A DNA stretch of 64,000 nt from a virus, in the UHGV virus genome UHGV-0225074. One strand, given 5' to 3'. A program made the translations under genes and the position numbers. The notes beneath the pieces are model-generated. The model had not been told where the DNA came from and searched no databases. It saw nothing but the letters and a program-made list of their open reading frames with translations. Below, piece after piece: positions 18,780 through 26,879 of this stretch (its first letter is position 1; every line of letters starts with the position of its first letter).

Positions 18780-19309
18780 TGTATTTCTCCTCTCATTTTA
18801 AGGACTGCTTGTTTGTGTGCGTTACTTTGTGGAACACCAGAGAAGTTGACCGCGATAAAGTAATCGAGGATCTGCTTGTCTGTTGCTTGTTCTAATGTTA
18901 ACACAGGTAAGAATGGGTTGCCAAATGCTAATTGTTCTCCACGGGTCATGTCAGACCAGTACAGGCTTTTACCATCAGGAAGTACAAACGGGATCTCGTT
19001 CGTGATGAATAGATTGATCGTTGTCAAACGTTGTTTCCCATCAACAACCTCAATCCAAGGACCATCTCGACGGTCCCAGTCATCATGCTTGGCGACTGCC
19101 ACATTTCCGAGCGGGAATCCAGACACCAATGTCTTCAGAAACTGTTGCTGTTCCTTTTTCTTCCACACATACGGGCGCTGGTAAGCAGCGTCAAAGAAAT
19201 ATGCTCCGCGCTCAAGCCAGCAGATGTGGGATTCAACACTGTGTTGACCAGGGTTCACACGGAACACCTGGAGTTCCCGAATCCGGTTACGAACGACTGG
19301 TTCACTCAT
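18776..19309 (-). CDS. ParB-like nuclease domain (DUF262-like) protein
   Basis: DGKQRLTT motif. Confidence 0.45.
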   Translation of the reverse strand: MSEPVVRNRIRELQVFRVNPGQHSVESHICWLERGAYFFDAAYQRPYVWKKKEQQQFLKTLVSGFPLGNVAVAKHDDWDRRDGPWIEVVDGKQRLTTINLFITNEIPFVLPDGKSLYWSDMTRGEQLAFGNPFLPVLTLEQATDKQILDYFIAVNFSGVPQSNAHKQAVLKMRGEIQ

Positions 19310-19680
19310 TTGCGGAATCCCGCTTCTTCTAAGGTGAGCATTACGTGTGGGGGATCACACCCATCATACCAGTTGTCAACAAAAACTTTTTTATTTTTCT
19401 TAACTGTGCTAATTCCAGCCATATTCAGTTGCGCTATAAAGCCTGAGTAGATATCGTCATTGTCGCCAAACAACACAAGACCAGCATCATAAGCTGGGAC
19501 ATCTTCATGAACATAGATGATCATATTCCCGTCATAAGATACCTTCAGCCTAGAAGGCATGGAATCCAACTTATCTTCCAGTTCCCTGTGGGCCTTATCG
19601 TTAAGCTTACCGACAGGGAATGTAAGTTCCGCTATCACACCTACCGTTACACGTTGCTCGCTCATTATTTGTTCTCCCAT
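19306..19680 (-). CDS. hypothetical protein (124 aa)
   Basis: ORF. Confidence 0.45.
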   Translation of the reverse strand: MGEQIMSEQRVTVGVIAELTFPVGKLNDKAHRELEDKLDSMPSRLKVSYDGNMIIYVHEDVPAYDAGLVLFGDNDDIYSGFIAQLNMAGISTVKKNKKVFVDNWYDGCDPPHVMLTLEEAGFRK

Positions 19681-19994
19681 TTATTCATGTAGTTAACAAG
19701 GTCTTTTACTGACCGTTTGCCATCAAGAGGGTAAACCATGTCACCCTCCATCCCGCCATGTGTCAGCATCTTTACTAAACGATTATACACGGACTCAGGA
19801 CGATTGCAACGTTTAATTTTCCATCGCTCCCCATCCGGACTGAAATATTTCTCTTCACAAGAAACATGGATCAGGTCGCCCATGTACTCTTTGAATTTGA
19901 CGGTATGCATAGGACGGTGATAAATGTAGAATTTCATAGCAATCTCCTCTAATACGAGAAGCATAATTGAAGCTGTGCAGGGAGTCAAGTACAA
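19665..19994 (-). CDS. hypothetical protein (109 aa)
   Basis: ORF. Confidence 0.45.
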   Translation of the reverse strand: MYLTPCTASIMLLVLEEIAMKFYIYHRPMHTVKFKEYMGDLIHVSCEEKYFSPDGERWKIKRCNRPESVYNRLVKMLTHGGMEGDMVYPLDGKRSVKDLVNYMNKWENK

Positions 19995-20020
19995 AAACTA
20001 AAAAACCCGCCGAAGCGGGT

Positions 20021-20299
20021 TTACCATGTAATATACAATCGTGCTCTAATGCCTTGCATAGAGGGTTCAACTTCTACGACATCAACCTCGAAACCTCCAC
20101 CACGAAGATCAGCAATAATATGAGGCAAATAATCAAGCAGGTAATCCGGCAGATCTATCACCATCCCCATCCCCAAAAGTCCCTTCTTGGCACATTGGTG
20201 AATCCCCTCCACCATGTTGTCGTACAGCTGGTTCATCTCGGGCGGGATTGCTGCGTTTGCGATTTCTGCGATCCCTCGCATCTTGCTTGCGGCACTCAT
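20021..20299 (-). CDS. hypothetical protein (92 aa)
   Basis: GGAGGG RBS; overlaps 3' tail of methyltransferase frame. Confidence 0.45.
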   Translation of the reverse strand: MSAASKMRGIAEIANAAIPPEMNQLYDNMVEGIHQCAKKGLLGMGMVIDLPDYLLDYLPHIIADLRGGGFEVDVVEVEPSMQGIRARLYITW

Positions 20300-20816
20300 C
20301 GTCTTGTCCCTCCAAAAAATAAAATGGCTTAAGATTCAGCCTATTCTTACGGTCCCAAATAAAGTAAGCGTAACCACTTCCGTCTGTTTTACCATCTTCA
20401 GTAAATGATGGTCTTTGAGACAACACCATCAGACTGGTGATAGGATTCTCTTGCCACCATTCCCATCGCTTCATGCTCTCAAGGAACCCTAACCGTAAAA
20501 GCATAATCACGACATCGGCATCGTCAAGTGCTTTTGTCACAAACTCTTGGGCCAATGAATATGGCGGGTTGGTGATGATGCAATCAACATGATTTGGATA
20601 ATAGGTATTGAGATAATCCACACCTTCACGAATTTCCCCCCAAGCTGAACCGAGAGGCATGTGATTATAGAACCTCCCAGACGCTCTACAAGGTTCCAGG
20701 TATGTCCATGAGGGGTTGATAGGGATAACATCCAAGAGGGCCTGTACGGCCCATTCAGGAGTCTCATAGACGTCATAATCCCTACGCTCCCCCTTTTTCT
20801 TCAGGGGAGCACTCAT
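20133..20816 (-). CDS. DNA methyltransferase (NPPY motif, probable N6-adenine); 3' extent uncertain
   Basis: ITNPPYS catalytic motif; Gly/Asp-rich tail overlaps next gene in another frame. Confidence 0.55.
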   Translation of the reverse strand: MSAPLKKKGERRDYDVYETPEWAVQALLDVIPINPSWTYLEPCRASGRFYNHMPLGSAWGEIREGVDYLNTYYPNHVDCIITNPPYSLAQEFVTKALDDADVVIMLLRLGFLESMKRWEWWQENPITSLMVLSQRPSFTEDGKTDGSGYAYFIWDRKNRLNLKPFYFLEGQDDECRKQDARDRRNRKRSNPARDEPAVRQHGGGDSPMCQEGTFGDGDGDRSAGLPA

Positions 20817-21742
20817 TACTCGGCATTCCCAAAGGTGTCGATGATAACTTCACCTGCGGTCAGGAGAGCTTCGATTAGTGCTTGGCGATCACGAGAGGTA
20901 ATCTCCAGTGCCTTTTCTTCTCCTTGTGCAATAGCCCCAACCTGTGACAGAATGCTTTGCAGCTCATCGATGTTGAAGATATCGAAATCAGAAGCCTTCA
21001 GGTTTCTCACATCTAACGAGAAAGTCTCACCATCGACATGTACCTTCAGGACAACACTTCGGTCAGGGTCTCCAGTAACGGTGTCCTCTTTCTGGGTATC
21101 TTTCACACCAACAGGGGTTATGATCGGATTTTTACCTGATTTCATCCTTTCGATATTTTTATCATCCAAGATCACTGCGCGGGTTCGTTTAGTGATCTCA
21201 ACTTCATCCAACCACACCTGCCCGCCACCTTTGATTGTGTTGATCTCCCCGTCGGTCAATACACCTTTGTAGAAATAATCGATTAAGCGATCGAAGTGTT
21301 GTTTATAGAACAGCACCTGGGTATAAATATTGGCCCCATCACCAAATGCCCCGCCCTGATAGTTATGGAACATAAATTCCGTCATTGGGGCCACAGTGCG
21401 CTCTTTACAAGCCAGCCATAAGATTGTCCCAGCAGAACACACCTGTCCCTCTGCATGGGTCACTACGGTTGCTTGACTCTCACGCATCGCGCTAACATAG
21501 GCCATTGCGATATCAACACGTCCACCGTAAGTGTTGATGATAACACGCACCATATCGTCTGGGTTGGCTTGGCGTATTTGTTGTAATTTATTAAAATGAT
21601 CTTCCATATAATCCAAATCATGAATATAGATCACATGCTCATGAGAGGGCATTGGATAGCAGAAAGAACCTTCCCCACCAAAACCACCGCCAAAGCCAAA
21701 GTAATTCTTTTTGTCGTTATTCTGCATCTTGTGTCTCCCCAT
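20816..21742 (-). CDS. ClpP/S14-like serine peptidase
   Basis: TYGGRVDIAMAYV ... ATVVTHAEGQVCSAGTILW resembles the ClpP active-site region. Confidence 0.5.
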   Translation of the reverse strand: MGRHKMQNNDKKNYFGFGGGFGGEGSFCYPMPSHEHVIYIHDLDYMEDHFNKLQQIRQANPDDMVRVIINTYGGRVDIAMAYVSAMRESQATVVTHAEGQVCSAGTILWLACKERTVAPMTEFMFHNYQGGAFGDGANIYTQVLFYKQHFDRLIDYFYKGVLTDGEINTIKGGGQVWLDEVEITKRTRAVILDDKNIERMKSGKNPIITPVGVKDTQKEDTVTGDPDRSVVLKVHVDGETFSLDVRNLKASDFDIFNIDELQSILSQVGAIAQGEEKALEITSRDRQALIEALLTAGEVIIDTFGNAE

Positions 21743-22211
21743 TCGCGTCTACAATCAGTTGTCGTAATGTGTATGCATTCCGTAACAACCAGTCTATATT
21801 GAACCCTGAATCATCATCCACAAGGACTTGGTCGCTGTACTTAAAGCACAGGAGTACCCTCTTGGCGCGTTCTGAGGCTACTGCCGCTTGATGCAACAGC
21901 GTAAAGTGGTTAAGCTCTTCTTTGGTCAAACTCACGTACTGAGATTTTCCATCTAGGTAAATCAAATGTTCCAACAGGTCACGACGATCCGGGAACATCC
22001 AAGAGGCATCCCGCTCGGCAGCGGAACGACTATAAATCATCCGGGTAAAGAACCCGTCATTCATTCTATAAAGTGATTCAGCCACAACCTTTAGATAGAG
22101 ATTGTAATACTTTGTCACCTCGGACTCGAAAAATTCAGGCTCGACGACTCCACAATTCTTCAGTTCCATCAGTCTCCGATGGGAAAGAATCCCATGAATA
22201 CTAACTGTCAT
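21717..22211 (-). CDS. hypothetical protein (164 aa)
   Basis: ORF. Confidence 0.45.
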   Translation of the reverse strand: MTVSIHGILSHRRLMELKNCGVVEPEFFESEVTKYYNLYLKVVAESLYRMNDGFFTRMIYSRSAAERDASWMFPDRRDLLEHLIYLDGKSQYVSLTKEELNHFTLLHQAAVASERAKRVLLCFKYSDQVLVDDDSGFNIDWLLRNAYTLRQLIVDANGETQDAE

Positions 22212-22218
22212 ACTCCTC

Positions 22219-22530
22219 CTATCGAGCTATAAGGTACTTAATACTTCCGTCTTTCTCACGGTGACCGATATCTACCACATAGTACGGTCCGAACTTGTCA
22301 ACGTTCACCTTGTCACCAACGAATAACTCTCTCTTACTTTGGTACTCAATGGATTCCAGGAAGTATCTGAATAAATCAGTATCGTCTGTGTTACAGATGT
22401 TTTTCATCCCGCCATCCTTGTAAGTAATGAAAATCACTTTGTTACCGATTTTACCAACTGACCAGCCCTGCCCATCAACTTTAACGAGACAATAAGAATT
22501 ATTAAGCTTATCGCGAAATCTGGATGCCAC
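22219..22530 (-). CDS. hypothetical protein (103 aa)
   Basis: ORF. Confidence 0.45.
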   Translation of the reverse strand: MASRFRDKLNNSYCLVKVDGQGWSVGKIGNKVIFITYKDGGMKNICNTDDTDLFRYFLESIEYQSKRELFVGDKVNVDKFGPYYVVDIGHREKDGSIKYLIAR

Positions 22531-23146
22531 GTTTTTCCTCCAAGGATCTTAAGAACCTCTCCAACAAGGCTAGTTTATCAGGTGTGTTCAGGTTAAGAAC
22601 CCGAACTCCGTACTTTCTGGCTAAATTAACTGCGGTTGCAGTACCTCCCTTAGGATTTCCGTTCCTATCTTCTTTGGCATAGTACAAACAAAATGCAGAG
22701 GGACGTGGATCGAGGATATTGGCCCCCAAGACTTGATGCACATTACGAGAATGGAGCGCAAAAGCTCCTCTTTTTCTTTTAAGAGCTTCAAAATTAGGAT
22801 GAATCTCCTCAACCAGTGCCTCACGTACAACCTTTTGGTCGGGAATAAGATAATCAAGATAATCTAAAGGATAATCCCAGAGATCCCAGAGATTATCATT
22901 GTCAGATGCAAATCCATCCCAGGGAATATAGATCTCCGCCAAATGTGTACGATACTCTTCTTGCTTCCCATTGTCAAGAGATTCGTAATATTTTTGCATT
23001 CCGACCTGGAATGCTTCATCTGCACCACCTGCTTTTCCACTTCTCAAGGTGAATCCGCACCTTGCAAGGCGGAAACCAGCATCTTCCATGATGCTGATAA
23101 CCTCAGGAGGGGTCTCCCTCGACCCCACGCCTGTATAATAAGCCAT
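22508..23146 (-). CDS. SLOG/DprA-like Rossmann-fold protein
   Basis: YTGVGSRETP and SGKAGGADEAFQVG resemble DprA/Smf-LOG motifs. Confidence 0.4.
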   Translation of the reverse strand: MAYYTGVGSRETPPEVISIMEDAGFRLARCGFTLRSGKAGGADEAFQVGMQKYYESLDNGKQEEYRTHLAEIYIPWDGFASDNDNLWDLWDYPLDYLDYLIPDQKVVREALVEEIHPNFEALKRKRGAFALHSRNVHQVLGANILDPRPSAFCLYYAKEDRNGNPKGGTATAVNLARKYGVRVLNLNTPDKLALLERFLRSLEEKRGIQISR

Positions 23147-23155
23147 AATCCTCCG

Positions 23156-23944
23156 TTACGAAGCCAGTGGAGTATAGCGTCCTTCTGCACGGTCGGCGAT
23201 TAACGCCTTGGCAATGTCACGAACCATACCACCACGGACGATGTCATCATCTGGGTTGTCGAAGTTTACAATACCCACACCCGCGATCCCGTTCCGGCTC
23301 AGGAAATCTTCCACCCACTCCAGACCGGAGATTCCGTGGATATCTTTCTGAGAGGCATCCCCCATGACCACGAGTGTACAGTTGTCAGAGATACGTGTGA
23401 TGATACTCAACATTTCCTCTGGGGTACTCTGCTGGGCTTCGTCGATCAGGAGATAGCTTCTTTCATCGAATGAACGACCACGGATGCTTTCCAATTCCTG
23501 AACTTCAATACGCCCATTCAGACCATCTTTAAGCGCATTGTAATAGGCACCGTCGCCCATACGTTTACGGATGGTGTCTAACATGTTACGAACATACGGG
23601 AAGAGTTTTTCCAACGATGTTCCCGGTTTGAAGCCGGAGGTTTTACCCGTCTGCACATAAGGGCGAGCGACAATGATCTTGTCAAGTTCATTCTTACGGA
23701 GCAGATCAGCAGCGTAAGCCGATGCCAGGTAAGTTTTACCTGTACCGAAGATACCTTTTGCGATAACAATATTGCAAGTTTGCAACTTGTGAAGGTAATC
23801 TTGCTGCTTGTCATTCAGAGGAGTCAGCGGTGGAGCGCTATTCCTTTCCTCATCGAATTTAGGGTGGTGCTTGGCTTGTCTCTCAGCACGTTGTTGCTGG
23901 CGAACGCTAAGTTTGGTTGCACGAGCCTCTTTGCTTCTTCCCAT
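23156..23944 (-). CDS. phoH: PhoH-like ATPase
   Basis: Walker A GIFGTGKTYLA and conserved PhoH core. Confidence 0.8.
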   Translation of the reverse strand: MGRSKEARATKLSVRQQQRAERQAKHHPKFDEERNSAPPLTPLNDKQQDYLHKLQTCNIVIAKGIFGTGKTYLASAYAADLLRKNELDKIIVARPYVQTGKTSGFKPGTSLEKLFPYVRNMLDTIRKRMGDGAYYNALKDGLNGRIEVQELESIRGRSFDERSYLLIDEAQQSTPEEMLSIITRISDNCTLVVMGDASQKDIHGISGLEWVEDFLSRNGIAGVGIVNFDNPDDDIVRGGMVRDIAKALIADRAEGRYTPLAS

Positions 23945-23954
23945 GTGGTTCTCC

Positions 23955-24509
23955 TTAAGAGGTTAGAACAGATTTTGCCTTTTTGTAGTATGCGGTTCTT
24001 TCTGCGAGGTGGTTAGTCCCGCCATTTACCAGCTTGGTGATTTTGGTGATATCATCAGCATCGCAAGCGGCGTTGATGTTTCTCATGTTCCAGTACCAAC
24101 CAGCGCTGTCAACTGCATATTTCGGCTGTTCAAGTAATTCAGGGTGATTGACGAGATCCAACCCTAAGGCTTTACCACAAGCTTTGTAGTTTGCAAGCCC
24201 GGTGACTTGGATCAGACCACGTCCCTTGTACTTAGCTCCGTCACCATCCTTTTCTGGTGTATTGCCAAGTCGCTTTGCAATTGGTCCGGTATCATACTTA
24301 TTAAAGTAGGCATTGTTTCCAAGCTCTCTGGTATAAAGGAACTCTGCGGACTCCACCCCGATTTGGGAGAGGAAACCGGCAATGCGGTTGACAGTATTAA
24401 TACCACCCTTCTCAAACAAATCGTTCAAAGGACCAATAAACTTGGCATTTCTGCCAGCCTTCGCTCCATTCGGAAAGATTTTGTTGAGTTGTTCCAGCGT
24501 AAGTTTCAA
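23955..24509 (-). CDS. endolysin, GH19 chitinase-like lysozyme
   Basis: GRGLIQVTG and SAGWYWNM match GH19 signatures. Confidence 0.6.
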   Translation of the reverse strand: MKLTLEQLNKIFPNGAKAGRNAKFIGPLNDLFEKGGINTVNRIAGFLSQIGVESAEFLYTRELGNNAYFNKYDTGPIAKRLGNTPEKDGDGAKYKGRGLIQVTGLANYKACGKALGLDLVNHPELLEQPKYAVDSAGWYWNMRNINAACDADDITKITKLVNGGTNHLAERTAYYKKAKSVLTS

Positions 24510-24527
24510 AAGACCTCCTTTTTCAGG

Positions 24528-24908
24528 TTAGGCCTCTCCCACCGCCTCTTCAAAAGCCGCTTCGAGCTGGGAGGCTACCCCATGAATCTTGATCGTAATC
24601 TTCTCTTGGAAGATCGCGTATCTCAGCTCTTCTTCTGTCAAAGCCTCTGCCAACTGGCAGACCAATTTATCAAACACTTTCTGTTGAACCCCTGTAGAGA
24701 GAGTTTTACGAAGGCGTTCTTTTTTCTCCTTTATTTCCTTGGCAAAATATACGTCTTTCTCTCCCTTCACCATGTTCTGGAGACTTTCAACCTGCACCTG
24801 CAATCCAGTAGCAAAATCCCCGATCAGTCGGTCCCACACCAGAGAAACAAACTCCTTTGCCAGAGAAGGTCGTAAGTCAGTGGTTACAACTTCGGCCTTT
24901 TTTGACAT
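24528..24908 (-). CDS. hypothetical protein (126 aa)
   Basis: ORF. Confidence 0.45.
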   Translation of the reverse strand: MSKKAEVVTTDLRPSLAKEFVSLVWDRLIGDFATGLQVQVESLQNMVKGEKDVYFAKEIKEKKERLRKTLSTGVQQKVFDKLVCQLAEALTEEELRYAIFQEKITIKIHGVASQLEAAFEEAVGEA

Positions 24909-25048
24909 TAGTAACCCCCGCGAGCGGCAGCGTCTGCTGCAAGTTGCTGAAGTTCTTCATCAGAAGAGCGTTTATTCTTCGGCTTTTTGCCACGCAGTTC
25001 CAGAGCCAGTTCCTTGGTATATGCCTTACGCAGTGCTTTCTTACTCAT
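24908..25048 (-). CDS. small basic protein (46 aa)
   Basis: AGGAG RBS; stop overlaps next ATG; not in ORF track. Confidence 0.35.
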   Translation of the reverse strand: MSKKALRKAYTKELALELRGKKPKNKRSSDEELQQLAADAAARGGY

Positions 25049-25127
25049 TCGAATTCTCCTCTAAATTTCCTGCCGGACAGATTTCTCGGCAGGATTACAT
25101 AAATCATACAGACAGAAGGTTGCTATG

Positions 25128-25400
25128 TCAACAGGATTTCATATGTTTTTGCACAAAAGCAATGAAGTCATCCGCGCCACCAATGTACTCCGTTGAGGAG
25201 TCCGTCTCACGGAAAATCTGCGGGACGGTGCGAGGGATAACCGGGGCGCATTGCTCCACCAGCTCTTCCTTGGTGTAATTCTTCCCGAGTGTCAGGTAGA
25301 TATACTCGATCCCATTTGCAATGGCAAACTCCTTCGCACGGACGCAGTGTGAGCAGTTATCCTTACCATAAATGGTGAAGGTTGAATTCTTCAGATTCAT
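25128..25400 (-). CDS. glutaredoxin-like redoxin (RNR electron donor)
   Basis: CSHC active site; adjacent to nrdAB. Confidence 0.65.
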   Translation of the reverse strand: MNLKNSTFTIYGKDNCSHCVRAKEFAIANGIEYIYLTLGKNYTKEELVEQCAPVIPRTVPQIFRETDSSTEYIGGADDFIAFVQKHMKSC

Positions 25401-25744
25401 TGTTTCTCCGATTCAAGAAGGAATGTGAATACTGGGATTTCTGATGTGTAGTCAACATCATACCCTTTAACTACCAAGTCCCCAACGAAACGCATGGATT
25501 CTGATATACTGCCAAAAACGGGATACGCTGCCTCAACCCTTGCAGGATGGCCTAGCGCCTGTTTAAGCTTTAATACCCAAGGGCTGGTAGCCTGTAAATA
25601 GATTTTAGCCTTAGCTACTCCGTGCAATCGACGGGAAATGGAAATTTTCATATCACTTGAGAAGCCTACCACACGCTCGCCTCCAAAAGTAACTACCAGC
25701 TTGGACGGATCGTATACTACAGATTCAAAATTGGCACTATCCAT
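25397..25744 (-). CDS. hypothetical protein (115 aa)
   Basis: ORF. Confidence 0.45.
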   Translation of the reverse strand: MDSANFESVVYDPSKLVVTFGGERVVGFSSDMKISISRRLHGVAKAKIYLQATSPWVLKLKQALGHPARVEAAYPVFGSISESMRFVGDLVVKGYDVDYTSEIPVFTFLLESEKQ

Positions 25745-25753
25745 TATTACTCC

Positions 25754-26842
25754 TTAAAAATCCCAGACTTCATCTTCAGCGTCATTGACTGTCGCATTAA
25801 GACGATAATCAGTGTTTGTTTGTTCCTGATTCGCATTCTGTTGCTTGGAAGGGTTCATCCAAACATCCATGAACGGGAGAGGATCACGTTTTGGTGCTAC
25901 GAAATCTTTTTCAATGCCGTAGTAATCGTAGATCGGAGCACAGTTCCAGTCAGTCCAATCTTTCAGCAATGGGGCGTTCAACCCGATGATCGCGCGGCCT
26001 TCACTGAAGAGATAATCGCCCCAACCATATTCATTGGTACGAACTTCATCCAGAATTGCTTTCAGCTCGTGTTTGATTGCGATAAAACTGGCCTTCCATA
26101 CCGGGTCTTTCAGAAGGATATCGATAACTCCGAAATCCATCTTGGTATGCAGCATCTCATCCAACATAATTTTCTGTACTAGCTGCCCCACCTGGACAAA
26201 CACACCCTGTTCTGCAAGAGCGAACGTACAGGCAAAGCTAGAGATGAATTCAATACCTTCCAGCCCCAACAGGGAGAACATCGCTCTCAGGATTCCTCGA
26301 CGGATTTCCTCTTTGTCAACAGAGTCCGGGTCAATACGGTATCGAGCACCGAGGATCTCTAATTCACGCATGAATTTGACAATGACGCCAGAGCGTTCAA
26401 GGACGGCCTGGTTGTTCTGAATATCTTCAATGATCTGGCGAGAATTAGGCAGACATTGACGAACAATATCAGAATACGTCAGAGCATGTAGGACTTCAAT
26501 CTCTGATTGCTTCATCATCATGGCGAACAGTTCACTATTCGTGATGAACGGTGCAAACAGACAGATGATAGACTGTGCTGCAACACTATCAGCTTCCCAT
26601 TGCCACATCAGGGTCTGCACCATGACGTCGTAAGTCGATTTGCTGCAAGTAGCAAAGTCAGTGATAGACTGGCTCAGTTCAACTTCATCTTCTGACCAGT
26701 CCTGTTCTTTCTGCTTTTTATACAGGTCAAACAGTTGCGGATACTTTTTATTAATGGAGTCATACATCCCCATCTGTTGACCAAGGAACAGTGGGTAGTC
26801 CCCGGTCTTATGTGCGGTGTTTTCTACGTTAAAAACTGCCAT
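25754..26842 (-). CDS. nrdB: ribonucleotide reductase class Ia small subunit
   Basis: Diiron ligand motifs (E...H pairs), 362 aa, downstream of nrdA. Confidence 0.85.
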   Translation of the reverse strand: MAVFNVENTAHKTGDYPLFLGQQMGMYDSINKKYPQLFDLYKKQKEQDWSEDEVELSQSITDFATCSKSTYDVMVQTLMWQWEADSVAAQSIICLFAPFITNSELFAMMMKQSEIEVLHALTYSDIVRQCLPNSRQIIEDIQNNQAVLERSGVIVKFMRELEILGARYRIDPDSVDKEEIRRGILRAMFSLLGLEGIEFISSFACTFALAEQGVFVQVGQLVQKIMLDEMLHTKMDFGVIDILLKDPVWKASFIAIKHELKAILDEVRTNEYGWGDYLFSEGRAIIGLNAPLLKDWTDWNCAPIYDYYGIEKDFVAPKRDPLPFMDVWMNPSKQQNANQEQTNTDYRLNATVNDAEDEVWDF

Positions 26843-26879
26843 TTTCTCTCCTCAAAAACGGGGCCGAAGCCCCTACAAC

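Noticed and set aside
24207-24875. 222-aa plus-strand ORF antisense to the endolysin and 24528 genes. Similar cases are 16396..16920, 20835..21272, 30208..30735 and 37934..38557.
   Set aside because: These are antisense shadows of well-supported minus-strand genes, with no RBS and odd composition.
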